Positions 50,185-62,605 of a stretch of 64,000 nt of DNA are shown here, in pieces. A model generated the notes under the pieces. The model was not told the DNA's origin and ran no database searches. It saw nothing but the letters and a program-made list of their open reading frames with translations. This stretch comes from Cyanophora paradoxa CCMP329 (Eukaryota; Plantae; Glaucophyta). Positions within the stretch are counted from its first letter, which is position 1; each line of letters begins with the position of its first letter. Both the position numbers and the translations under genes were made by a program. The stretch is from the NCBI GenBank assembly GCA_004431415.1, contig QPMI01000005.1, positions 1 through 64,000 of the forward strand, written 5' to 3'.

Positions 50185-51319
50185 CTACTTCTTCGCAGCG
50201 GCAGCCGCGGCCGCGGCGGCCTGGGCCGCTTCCCAGTCCGCCTTGGCCTTGCCCAGGTCGCGGCAGTGCGGGCCGCGGGGCTCCCCGAAGAGAGAGGTCT
50301 TCCCGCCGAAGGGCTCGGCGCCGATACGGCCCTTCTGCGAGCCGCCCTTGACGGGCCGGCCGGCCTTCAGGTCGTCCAGGACCTTCAGAGTCGTCGGGAT
50401 GTCCAGGTCCTCCTGCGCGGCGCGGGCGCTCAGGTTTCCGCGCAGATCGGCGGCGCGGGGCTTTCGCTGCGTCGCGAGCGCACGTAGTAGACGTAGGAGA
50501 AGTTGCTCGGGTCCCGGTAGTCCGAGACGACGATCATCGGGGCGTGTACGCAGGCGCCCATGCACTCCATCTCGCCGAGGGTGAACCAGCCGTCCGCGGT
50601 GGTCCCTGCGGCATCGAGCTAAGAAACGCTCGATAGCTACGGCGCGAAGCTCCGGCGCACCGCCCATTTCTATGTGCAAGTGCTTCTCGATGGCCTTGAT
50701 GAGGTCATCGCAGCCGCGGATCTGGCAAGGGGTCGTCACGCAGACTTGAACGAGGAACTTGCCCACGGGCTCGCTGCTCGGGGGGTCAGGCCGCGGAAAG
50801 GCGCAAAAGGAAAGCAGGGGCACGGGGCGCACCGGTTGAACATGCTGTAGAAGGTCGCCACCTCATAGACGCGCATCGGCGGCATGTCGAGGACCTGGGC
50901 AATCTTGTTCATGGCCGCCAGAGAGACCCAGCCGCCGTTCTGGATCTGGGCGATGTCGAGGCATGCGATCACAGCGGACTGCTTGTAGTTCGGCGGGTAC
51001 TTCTTGAGCAGCTTGTCAATCTTCGCATAGTTCTCAGACGTGAAATCGAACGGCGTGTTGGGGTTGTTGTAGGAGCTGTCGCGGTGCTGTGGCGCCGCGT
51101 GAGGCCGGCGCGCCGGAACTAGGAGGGCGGCCGCTGGCTCACGATGTTCAACGCGGTGGAGTAGTGCCTGAGCGGAGTGGAAACCGCCGCGCGCTGAACG
51201 CGAACCTGGCCGGCGACGTATCAGCACGCATTTGGCCCGGGCGATCGGCAGCAGCGCACCGGTGCCACCGACCGCACCGCGGTTGTCCTGGCAAGCTGGC
51301 TGAGGGCCCGGCCGAGCAT
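50185..51319 (-). CDS. NDUFV2: complex I 24-kDa subunit
   Basis: [20 protein letters not shown]; [12 protein letters not shown]; [13 protein letters not shown]; [13 protein letters not shown]. Confidence 0.97.
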
Positions 51320-51748
51320 CGCACTCTTTGGGGGGGGAGGGACGAGGCGAGAGGGGGGGACACGATTCTCGGCGTGCAGCACCGGGCACAGCGCTAGCTA
51401 GCTGCAGGCACACTGGCAGTCACACACTACCGGCGCTTTGACGCGCTCGGCAGCTCCGCGTCGGCACCCGCAGGCACGCTGTGCCTCGGCTTGCGCAGGC
51501 GGCAGCGCGGCGCGAGGCGCGATTCCCGAGCGCGGCACGGCTCCCGAGTGAGGCTCAAATATGATTGCGCACTCAGAGCGCACGCGTGCGCAGCGCGCCG
51601 CGGCACCCGCACCTAACTACCCCCGAACTCCGCCGCCACCCACAGCTTACTTCGACTTCTGGCAGTTGAAGCAGGCAGAAAGGAGTGCTAGCTAGCTGGC
51701 TACCTGGCTCAAGGCAGTCGTGTTGGCTGGCTCTTGAACGGCACAGCC

Positions 51749-51830
51749 CCGCAGCTCTGGCTCGCCCAGATCCGCCTCGAGGCGGGCAAGGCCCGCGGCC
51801 AACAAGAAGGCCGCCATCGCCGCCCTCGCC
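51749..51830 (+). pseudogene. isolated, frameshifted PRP6-like (HAT repeat) fragment
   Basis: PQLWLAQIRLEA / ANKKAAIAALA resembles the PRP6 segment LWLxxIRxExRxxNKxxAxxxMAKAL. Recalled similarity, not searched. Confidence 0.5.
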
Positions 51831-52222
51831 GTACCAGCTTCTCTCTCTGCTGGACTTTAGCGCTCGGCCCCGAACGCAAACGCAGAAACTTTACGACATG
51901 GAGCTCGCGCTTCGAAAAGATTGTGCTCGATCCACTGATCTTCGGATCCGAACAGTTTTATGCAGAAGTGACGCGCAGAAGGTGGGATCCTTACAGGTTT
52001 GCAGAATCTTATTCATAAAATACCTGATCATGAAATACCAATCTGATCGTGGGATTTCTCAATCCTGTGCAGACTTGCTGATCATTCAGTTCGGCTGAAT
52101 TATCCCACGTGTATGTACCAGTCTCGGACGCTCACCGTGATATTTGGATTGCAGCCACGACAAGCCACTGGTTGTTGGCTTACACTTAAATGAAGCACTT
52201 TCTGGCTCATGGAACTCTTCGT

Positions 52223-52359
52223 TCACACTTCGTGCAGGGAGAGCCCCTGCTTATGCTTGGTGCGGATGCCGATAACAACAAACGAAGGAAGAAGAAGGGA
52301 AAGGGACCCAGTCTGCCCTCCCTAGCTCTCCACGGACTTCCGGGCGAGGATCAGCTGGA
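52223..52359 (+). repeat. 137-bp near-identical copy of an internal ADA2 segment (20741-20877)
   Basis: Direct comparison shows one substitution. The copy includes the intron 3' end (TCACACTTCGTGCAG) and part of the exon. Confidence 0.97.
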
Positions 52360-54349
52360 CTCGTAGCCAGCTAGGCTCCGATCCCCTTTTCTCCATCAGG
52401 GCACCAGTCCCTGCGGGTTACGCTCTCACCCAAACAGCACGGGTACAGTTAAAGCGCTGTAGGTAGGAGGTCCGGCGCGCCCGTAGCGTAAAAAGAGCAG
52501 CCTGGCTGTTGTGACCTCGAAGCTGTCGGCCCAAGTTCCATCATCGGAATCTGTGCTCAGGTCGGTCCTGTTCTGATAGAGGCTGCAAGCTGGCCTCGAT
52601 GAGCTGCTCGGACCTGGTATACCTCCTGGAGCGAAAGGCATGCCTGGCACTTTCAAGTCGGCTCGACGATGTCTCAGCCAGTGTCCTTAGCAGGTTCTCG
52701 AGCCCCTGGCCTGCAGCTGTTAGCAGCGGCCACAGGGATTCAGGTCGGCTGGTATGGCGCCCTCATCATCAAGCTTATGCTGATATTCTAAGCTATGATC
52801 GTGATAGCTGTAGCTAAAGCAGTTTGAGGGGTTTCGTTTTGCAATAGTGGACGTCGCATTGATGCACCACGGCACATGTACCAACCGTTGAACGTTGTAC
52901 GTGACGTGCCCTTCCGACCGATCACTATATAGCTATATAGCTATCAAGCTGAAGGTGCTATATATATCTAGTTGTCGCATGGGTTGCTCAATATGGGAGG
53001 TTTGCCTGAGTGGGTGACGTACACATCATGGCATGGTTTTCGGTGATAGCCGTATTAAGCAACTGCTGCTGTGCACTTGAGCAACTGACACTTCGACTTG
53101 GCGCCGCGGCTACAACTTCATAGCAAATTTAAAGAAACTTGAAAGTTGCCAGCCGTAGTGCAGGGCTAAGTGCTGGGAGGGGAGGATATCAAGATCATAG
53201 TATCTAGATCTTGCTCATGATCAGCCGGCGCCTCACAGTCACTGAGCCTCGAGCTCGCAGCCCAGCAGTCTAGATCTGTAGCCTAGTACAGACCTAGCCG
53301 CAAGCTTGTAGGCTGTCATACTATGATAGTATCATAGTACTACGGTATTAAATGATTGTGCTGTGTAAGTATACGTAGTTGGATACGTAGCATACTATGA
53401 TAGTATTGCGCTATGTAAAACATGCATATCATGGTCACCGGGTGTGGATGGATACCATAATATGGGAATTCTTGGATCGAGGCCAATCAAGATTTGTCAC
53501 AGTGTGACACAACTTGGGCAAAATTGCGAGTCACTGAGTCATACGATGATCGGATCCCGGAGGCCGGATCATATATGCATGGGATCATGGCGCGGCATCA
53601 TGCAACAGGGCTATGCCATGTACATGTTTATGCATAAGAGGCCATGATCATCGATCATGATAACGGTACACGTTCGACTCGAGGAGCTCAGTGTTTGCTA
53701 TTGCGCATGCGCATGCAAGTTGCCAAGTTGTGGCAATCGTGGACGTTCTGCCAAGCTTAACTTGCAAGTTCTGACTCAGTGACTTCGAATTTAAGATCTA
53801 GATGAAGGCATTAGGATCTCAGCTGAGCTAGGGCTCGAAGGCCCCAGCCGCTGGGCCGTGCCGAAGTGCATAAATCATTAAAATGGAAGCTTCAGGGTAG
53901 AAACATTGAAGCCTTCAAGGGGCTTGAAACCCCAGACATGATTACGACAGTCAATTTGCAGTCATGAATATCACCATCAGCACGGCAGAAACCAAATCTA
54001 CTGTTGCAGACAGTCACGAAATATATCTGGTTCGCATTGTATGCATCGCTAGCTGAAAGCCAACGAAACACTGTGACATCTGCACATTGGAACGGGGCAA
54101 GGGCGGTGCGCGATGCGATTAGGGAACCGCAGCACATCATCTTTCCTCTGAGCAAGAAGAAGAGGCACAGGCGGGGCAAAGAAGTGCTGGGCATTGCGGC
54201 AGGGAAGGGAAAGGAATGGGCGGGATGGAGCGGTCCAGAAAAGAACGAAAGAAGGAACGTGGACTGAATGGGGCGATGGGAGCCAGACTGGAAGAAGGGC
54301 AGGGTCTGGTTTTGGGGAGGCGAGGCGAGAAATCGATCAAGTGTCGCAC

Positions 54350-55196
54350 TCACATCTCCTGCGAGCGGCGCACGAGGCGAGCGACCTTCTTGCGGAACTC
54401 GTCGCGGTTTTCCCGCCACTCTTTCTGCGCAACCGAGGGTCGAGCCGAGTAGGGCGGGTCAGACAAGACGATGCATGCGTCTTGACGAGCGCTGCTGGGC
54501 TGGCGAACCGCGGCGTCGACGTTCGCAGGCGATTCGTCGGTGGGGCTCGAGAAGAGCGAGATCACGCTAATCATGATGGTCTCGACGGTCTGCACGGGAC
54601 TCCAGCGCTCCGCGGCAGTCTCGAAGCCGTACGGATCGTTTCCCGGTGCGTGCAGGATGGAGATGCATACGCGACCGTCTGGGCGATTTGGAACAGAATG
54701 TTAGCTTTCGATATGCACAGCGGCCGCAGCAGTCAGCAGGCTGACGCGGCAGAGTGGTCTTCTCACCAGAGTACACATTGGGGTGCCACATCTCCGACGT
54801 AAACCGCATCTTTGGAGGATTTACAGGGTATTCTTTCGGGAACGACAGAATCGCGCGGAAGATGCCGCCCTCGCTGCGACGCCGGTCAGGAGCTCGGCTG
54901 CAGCGGCGGCGGTGCGCGCAAGGCGCACTAATACGAGTCTGCAGGCCCAATGATTGTGACCTCCCACTCGAATGGGTTGGACTCGTCGATGAGGCCGGCG
55001 CTGAAGCCTTCGACAGGGTGCTTGTTCAGCTCTACGCCAGCGGGCGACACAGGAACAACCAGAATCAGACATGCTACAACACGGCAAGGCGTGGCGGCGC
55101 GGCGCTAGAGCACACAGGGCCGCATGGCCAAATGGGCGGCGCACCGCGCAGCTGCTTCATAAGCAGCAGAGCCGCCTGAGAGGTCTCTGCCGACAT
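54350..55196 (-). CDS. UBC7: ubiquitin-conjugating enzyme E2, UBC7/UBE2G1 type
   Basis: [17 protein letters not shown]; [10 protein letters not shown]; [24 protein letters not shown]; [30 protein letters not shown]; ESPANVDAA; VRRSQEM*. Confidence 0.95.
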
Positions 55197-55709
55197 CGCT
55201 CGCACTTCCGCTTCTGTTGACTGCCGCTTCTGGGCCGCTGGAAAGAACTTTCTGCGCTTTGTGCAGGTCTTTGCGGGGGTAGAGGGAAACCGGCGAACTG
55301 GCGGGGTAGTTCGCTGAGCCTCAGCAAAGCGCGAAACCGCAAGCTTGGCGCGTGTTGTACCTTCTGCTGAGCGCTTGTTCGACTCGGCGCGTGTCTGTGC
55401 GTGGCTGCACGCAGCGCACCATTGCCAGCATCTCCCAGCCGCCCGCAGTTGTTTCCGCGTGTCCGTACACGGCTAGACGCAGCTGCATCATTTGCCAGCA
55501 TCTCCCAGCCGCCCGCAGTTGCTTCAGCAGCCGCTCGAAACCAGTCCACGTCCGAGCGCCCTCTCTCACTCGGCAGCGCCAATGTCGACGATCGCTCCGG
55601 CGAGGGCATTCGGCTGGAGACGCGGCACGATAGCTACCGGTAGCTAGCGCGCCTGCCGTTGACCGAGACCTGGCGCTGGCTGTCCGCCGATCCAAGCGCC
55701 AACTCGCTG

Positions 55710-58459
55710 ATGGGCAATGAGTCTTCGCTGCTGGTCTTCTGCGGATGCGTGTCGGAGGATCGCCACGCTGCGGTTCGCACGCTGCGGGCCTTCTCGCATG
55801 TCGCAAGGGGCGCTGACCCTCGCGCAGGCCGCCGCGCGTACCGCGCGCTCCGCGACCCAGGCGCCAGTCGGCTCCGCCGAGCCCGACCTTGTGGACATTC
55901 AGCTGTACAATCACGATCTCTTCCTGTGTCACAACGAGTCCGCTGCCGAGCTGGCGGAGCGACTCCGCGCGGAGCTCGAGCTACTGCGTCCGGGGATCAA
56001 GATCCTCGTCAGCAGCGACGTGAGCGGCGCGGGGGAGACTCCCAACTTGATCCAGTCTTCGCGCTGCTTCGCGCTCGTTATCAGCCGAGGTCGTTCCTGA
56101 GGCTCTCGGTCCTGTCCCGCTCCGCGCCCGCCTGACAGCTCGCCCCCGTACAGATGTCCTGAAGAGCGAGCCCGTCGTGCGGGAGATCGTAGAAGCCGTG
56201 AGGCAGAAGCAGAGGATCGTCCTCGTCTGGTTTGCATCGTCCCGCGCCCGCCCGGTCGAACCTAGTACTCCCGACCGGCGCCGTTCACTCTCAGCGACGC
56301 ATGCGCAGGGACAGGCAGAAGTGCCCGTCTTTCCCGGTCGTCCACGCCTCGACGCCCCTGCCGGCCATCGAAGGCACGCCCCCGAAAGACCTGCGGGCCA
56401 TCCTGCAGCGTGTCTTCGTCCTGCAGGCGAGCGCCGCCGCCGCCGCCGCCGTCGCCGCCGCCCAACCTATCCACGGGCCCGCCCGTCCCGCGTTCTGACC
56501 CGCCCGCGCCGGCAGGCCGTGCAATTCTACCGGGCAAAGGAGAAGAGGGATGTTGCCCTGCGCGAGTTTCTGGAGCGGGCGGACCGCGCCACGCCCTTCG
56601 TGTTCGACTGCGTGCGCCCCGGCCCCGGCCGCCCCCCGGCCCCGTCCCCCGCCGCCCTGTCCAGGCCGACTCGGGCGCCGCAGATGCACCACCAAGACGC
56701 CGCTGCCTCGCCCGAGGGATCGGAGCGGGCGCCGTCCCTGGACGGGGTCAGCCAGCTCCCTTCCCTGTCGCGCGCCCGGGGCGCCCGGGGCGCCGGCCCA
56801 CTCGGGGCGCCCGCAGGAGCAGGAAGCGCACTCGGCGACGAGCGTGTGGAGCTCGCGGCCCTCGGGTGGGGACGGCGCCGGAGCGGAGGCCCAGGCTGAC
56901 GACGTGGTGGCCGACGCCCGTGGGCCCCCGCACGGCCTCCGGACCATATGCGAGGCCCTCCGCTCCGCCCGCGACGCCCGCCGCGTCCGCGTCGCCCCCG
57001 GGAGGTGCGTGCGGCTGCTCAGCTCGCTGCTGCGCCTTGGCCGTCACCTGAGCTCATCTGAGCTGGGCAGGTACAAGGAGAACGTAGTGCTGGATCGGGA
57101 CTACCGCGTCGTTGCGGCGCGCGGGGCGGTCCTGGAGGGGACCGACTCCGGCCCCGCGCTGAGCTGCGTCGGCCCCGCGGCGCCCAGCGTGCGGGGCCTG
57201 GCCGTGCGCAGCCGGAGCGGGACGCACCCGGCCGTGCTCGTCGCCGACGGCAGCGCGGCGGTGCTCGAGGCGTGCGACGTGAAGGCAGCCGGCGTGGCCG
57301 GGATCGAGGCGCGGGGCCGCGGGACGCGCCCCACGCTCCGCCGCTGTGTCGTCCACCACTGCCGCGGGGCCGGCGTACGGGTCCACGAGGGCGCGGGGGG
57401 TACCCTCGAGGCGAACGAGGCGCGCCGCCCCCGCCCCCGCCCCCCCTCGAGGGCTGACCGCGAACCGTGCGCGTCAGGTGCACCGCTGCTCAGGCCCCGG
57501 CATCCAGCTGCACGCGGCGCAGGAGGCCGTCGTCCGCGACAACAAGGCGAGCCCCGCGCCTGGCTTCGCCCCGCGCTCTCTGATCTGTATCTGTACCCCC
57601 CGCCGCAGGTCCACGACGGGCGGGGCGCCGGCATTGTCTGCCAGGACTGCGGCTCGGGCTCGATCGAGGGCAACGAGGTGGCGGGGAACGCGCTCGCCGG
57701 CATCGAGCTCAGCGGCAAGTCCTGCTCCATCCTCGTCCGCCGCAACAAGGTGCGAGCGCTCGGCTTCGAGCGGCGCCCGCCCCCGCGCCCGCGCCTCGCG
57801 TGACGGGCGCGGGGCGGCAGGTGCAGGGCGGGCAGGGCCCCGGAATCCTCGCGGCCCTCGAAGCGCACCCCTCCGTCGAGTCGAACGAGGTCGCGGGGGC
57901 GGGCCCCGGCATCCGCGTCGAGACGGGGGCCGACCCCCGCGTCCGCGCCAACGACCTCCGCGGCTGCACCGCCGCCGGCATCGCCGTCGTGGACGGCGGG
58001 CGGGGCGCCTTCGAGGGCAACGACGTGATCGGCGCGGCCGGGCCCGGCGTCCTCATCGAGGGCGGCGGCAGCGCCGTCGTCAAGGCGAACCGCATACGGG
58101 ACGGGAAGGTGCAGGGGGTACTCGTCCAGAGCCGCGGGAGGGGTACGATCGACGGCAACGAGCTGACGGGGAACGCCGGCGCGGCGGTCGCGCTCCAAGG
58201 GGACGGCACGGAGGCGCAGGTCCTCTCCAACTGGATCCACGGGCAGGCGGCGGGCGTCGACGTCAACTGGGGCGCCCGCTGCTCCGTCCAGAAGAACAAC
58301 CTGGAGGGCGTCACAGACCCGTCCTACGCCAAGGCGAGGGGGGTACGCGTGCACGCCGGCGCCCGCGCGGCCGTGAAGGACAACGCGTTCAAGGCCCACC
58401 CGGGGCAGCCGAGGCCCGGCCTCCAGGACCGCATCAGGAAGCTCGTCTCTTTCAGTTGA
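55710..58459 (+). CDS. predicted N-myristoylated SARM1-like TIR domain + right-handed beta-helix (PbH1, FBXO11-like) protein
   Basis: MGNESSLLVFCGC..|..HDLFLCHNESAAELAERLRAELELLRPGIKILV...FALVISR|DVLKSEPVVREIVEAVRQKQRIVLVW. This is followed by TICEAL..RVAPG|YKENVVL and many GIxVxxGGxGxxEGNEV repeats. Confidence 0.8.
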
Positions 58460-59234
58460 CCAGCTATATCGATCGCTATAGCACCAGCAGTGGTCGATTT
58501 GCCAGCAAGTTGCAATCATCTGAATTGATCCAGGGGTCCCGCTACTGCATTTGAGCGCGGCTGCCGGTGCAGTGCATCAAACGTTGCTGCAGCTGCTTGC
58601 GGTCTACTAGTTCTGCCACGGCGCGGCCACGGCGCGTGCGTGCAGATATCGATCATCCGGCCGCGGCATGTGCATCGCGTGCCGCGCAGCGCGCATGCTC
58701 AGCGCGCAAAGTTGCGTCTCGCGCGCGCACCGCGCGCGCGGCTCCCGGACTCCGGGTCTCGACGCGCGCCGCGCCGCAACCGCCGCGGCGCGCGCCGCGC
58801 GCGGCGCGGGCGCGCGCGCCCGGCCGGCGCCAGCTGCAGCAGGCGTTGGCGCGGCGAATACGTCAGCGCTGGAGTAATGTTCGTCCCCTTATTGTGTGTT
58901 AGGCGCCGGCGCCAGCCCGGTTTGACAGCAAATCCTGTTCGACCCGGACAGTCCGCAGTGCGATCAAATTTGGACATTGCCCCCCCCCCCCCCGGCGCAC
59001 CTCGGGTACTGGACCGCATTCAGGTAGTTTTTTTCCCGTTCGGAGGCCCCTTCACTGGGATGCAATGCTTCTGGAGCTATCCTGAGCGCGCTCCTAGCGC
59101 TCTATCTTTAGCACCAGCTCCTAGCAGCGGGCTCCTAGGCCGCCCCCTAGGCCGAGACCTTGGCGCCGCACAGTCACACTCGTCTCGTGCAGCGAATTCA
59201 ACCGCTACACCTATACATCTATCTACATAAAGCT

Positions 59235-60182
59235 ATGGCCCGCGTCGCCGCCCTCGTGAAGCTGTTCGAAGCGTCCAGCGCGGACACGACGCTGCTGTCA
59301 AAGCCCAGCTGCAGCGCGGCGCTGCCGGTGTCTACCGAGCCGTTAGCTGCCTGGGACTCCACTTCCGACCTCAGCGCTCCGTCGCTCGTCGACGAGGACT
59401 GTGACGTGTGTTCCGCCCCTCTCCCCTCCCGCGTGCGCCGCGCTCGGCCTGACGTCGGCTTCCGCAGTTGTGGTCCCACGACACCGTCTCGGAGCGCGAA
59501 TCCTTTTACTCGGCTTGCTCGGACGCCTCGTTCTACTCGGCGCTCGAAGAGCCCGAGGACGAGCACCTTGCGACGCCGGAGGTCGGCTCCATCCACGTCG
59601 AGGACGTGAAGGTGTGCTCCCTCTTGCGCTGGCGCCCAGTGCTGCGCGGCCGCTGATCCGCGCCTGTTCGTACCACAGGCTCTTGGCGTTCAGTCTGCGG
59701 AAGAGAAGGCGAAGACGTGGACGACCTCGTGTGAAGGGGAGAGCTCCTTCGACGACAGGAAGAAGTTCTTCGAGCGCCTCGCGGACTGTAGTCGCAAGGA
59801 CGTCGTCGTTGGAAAGCCCGTCGTCGCGGCGGCTGCGAAGATCGCTTCCGCGGTGAACCTCTTCGAGTCCCTTGTCGCTACCGCCAAGAAGCCCGTCGTC
59901 GTTGTCGTGGAGAAGAAGACGTCGGGCCTTGTCGCTGGAATCAAGGAGAACCTCGCCAAGCTGGTCGCGTCGAAGAACGTCTCGGCTCCGGCGACGGCGG
60001 TCCAGCCCAACCGGCTCCCGGCGGCGCTGGACGACGCGGAGTTCGCTAAGGTGAAGAAGAACGTCGCCATCGGGTTCCCGCGGACGCTGTCGAGCGACAA
60101 GCCCTTCGTCTGCTTCCCGGCGCAACTGGCGAAGGAGCTCTCCCAGAAGCTCGCGGCGATCGCGCTTCTGCGGACCGCGTAG
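59235..60182 (+). CDS. hypothetical protein, 3 exons
   Basis: ATG 59235, two GT-AG introns, coherent codon use. Acidic Ser-rich N-half and Lys/Ala/Val-rich C-half. Confidence 0.7.
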
Positions 60183-60195
60183 ACGCTTCCTGTGT

Positions 60196-60975
60196 GACCC
60201 CAAGATCGTCTTCAAGATGACTGCCTCCCGTCCTGCTGCTCTCCTCACGGAGATTGCTGCGGCGGGTGGTGGTACGACTTCCGTCGCTCTGCTCTCTGAG
60301 TCGCACCTTTCGGGGGCTCAGAGATTGTGCCGGCGGGACCCCAAGATCTTCTTCAAGATGACTGCCTCCCGTCCTGCTGCTCTCCTCACGGAGATTGCTG
60401 CGGCGGGTGGTGGTACGACTTCCGTCGCTCTGCTCTCTGAGTCGCACCTTTCGGGGGCTCAGAGATTGTGCCGGCGGGACCCCAAGATCTTCTTCAAGAT
60501 GACTGCCTCCCGTCCTGCTGCTCTCCTCACGGAGATTGCTGCGGCGGGTGGTGGTACGACTCTGCTCTCTGAGTCGCACCTTTCGGGGGCTCAGAGATTG
60601 TGCCGGCGGGACCCCAAGATCTTTTTCAAGATGACTGCCTCCCGTCCTGCTGCTCTCCTCACGGAGATTGCTGCGGCGGGTGGTGGTACGACTTCCGTCG
60701 CTCTGCTCTCTGAGTCGCACCTTTCGGGGGCTCAGAGATTGTGCCGGCGGGACCCCAAAATCTTCTTCAAGATGACTGCCTCCCGTCCTGCTGCTCTCCT
60801 CACGGAGATTGCTGCGGCGGGTGGTGGTACGACTTCCGTCGCTCTGCTCTCTGAGTCGCACCTCTCTGGGGCTCAGAGATTGTGCCGGCGGGATCCGAAG
60901 ATCGTCTTGCGCCTCCTGTCGCTCTGCTCTTGTCTCCCCGTTTGTGGGGGTGAGAGATTGTGCCGGCGGGATAAG
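60196..60975. repeat. tandem array of 141-bp hairpin-rich units (5 full copies plus a degenerate sixth)
   Basis: Units start at 60196, 60337, 60478, 60610, 60751 and 60892. The third unit lacks 9 bp. Confidence 0.97.
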
Positions 60976-62605
60976 CTAACGGAGGCGCTTGAGACTGAGG
61001 TCTCTCCCCTCGCTGTCTCTTCCCTCGTTAGAGGGATAGAAGCTGCGCCGGGGCCCATACACATTCTTCATCCTCCTTTCTCATAGGTGTGTGTCCTTCT
61101 TTCGTTCGTGTTCTGTCTTCGAGAATTCGAGAACGTTTTTAACACCACCACACAGGCAGCTGATGATACCAACGGCGGCGTTTTTCTCTCCATACTTTCT
61201 GGTGCGCTGGTGCGCTTCCTTTGATAGCTCCTGATATCGCGCTTTGAGCACTGCTCACCCTGATGAAGACTGTAGCGGCGGTTGAGGCTCGGGCGGCGGC
61301 TCGGGCGGCAATCATTCAGGCAGAATCCTTCATGGTGCGTGTCCCGTCAATCACGCGCTCTGAGCACTGCTTACTCTAGAATTGCATCGCAGTGACGGCG
61401 GGCGGATGCAAGCGGCTGCGGGTGGCGGCAAACACGGGCGAGACATTTCGCCTTTCATTCCAAAGCTAGGCGCCCCAGTAAAATGTTTCAACGACTAGCT
61501 AGAACGTGGCAATGCAATGCAGAACGTGGCAAAGCATTCTTCTACTCGGACTGCGTAAAACCAGACTATAAAAATAAGAACCACTGGGCCATACCTCTAT
61601 ATCTTACGTACACTTAGCTAAAACTGGCGGCGCTGGGCATTAAAATGCGCTGCTGGGAATGGGATCGTGCGACGGTGGGCTTCCAGCTATAGGGCAGCGG
61701 AACGGCTCCACGTCGTCGTGGAAGCACCCAGCTGCAGGCGCAAGCAGTTGGACAAGCACGGGGAGACACGAAACGCCTAGGACGGTTGTACTATGGCAGA
61801 AACTGCTCGAAACACAAACCTGGGAGGCGGTTCCCTGGGATGCGGCGCCGGCCTGGGCGGCGGGAGCTCGCGGCCGCGGGCAGACGAGGGTGTTGCTGCG
61901 CGGCATCCCACGCGCTCAAGACTTCACTTCTGCCGACGTCGTCGCAAGGGTCGAAGGCTCAAGGGTCGACGTCGTCCCAAGGGTCGAAGGCTCGTCGCTC
62001 TCTCGGTTGCTTTAACATGATTACCTGTGCTGTGCGATCGATAGCCGGTGCGGCTCCGGGGGCTGTTGGCGGCGCGCCGCGGGCCACAAATTTGATCACC
62101 CGGGTACGCGTATATAAGGCTGCAGAGTTGGCCGCGGCTGCAGCCTTTCGTAGACACGTCGGGGCGCCAACCAGGCGCTTTTCCAGACATCTGCAGGCAG
62201 GCGGCGTGTGGGCGAGCGCTCTGCAGCCAGGAAGGCGCGGCCCTAGCAGGCAGCAGCTGAAGCAGACCGCGGGAGCAGGCGAACGAGCGAGATCCCAGGA
62301 ACGAGCGTCGCGTGCGCGGGATTTGCAGTCGTTCCGCTCCGCTGCCCCGCTCCGCAGGGCAAGCTTACGTCGCGGCAGGCAACAGGCCAACGAATCCTGC
62401 GTGCGTTCGACCTAGAAACACCACAAGCGCACGAAAGACCGATTTCCGGTCGCATTCGCTCGCAGCGCGTCGAATTCCTGAAAGCAGCGGCGTTCTTCGG
62501 CAGCTGACGCCCGGGATCGGCTTTCCGGTGAGAGATGTTTGCCTCATGATCAAGCGTAAGCTCACGGCGCACGGCGGCGCGTCAAGATCTAGATTCAATC
62601 GAACG

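Noticed and set aside
52380-52780. Non-LTR retrotransposon remnant
   Set aside because: Only a vague resemblance in a stop-interrupted frame, with no RT or endonuclease motif. Kept only as part of the fragment mosaic.
55422-55521. 30-bp direct repeat upstream of the TIR-beta-helix gene
   Set aside because: Looks like a simple local duplication of a splice-acceptor region. There is no evidence of an element between the copies.
60196-60975. CRISPR-like array
   Set aside because: Whole units are near-identical with no unique spacers, there are no cas genes, and the context is eukaryotic.
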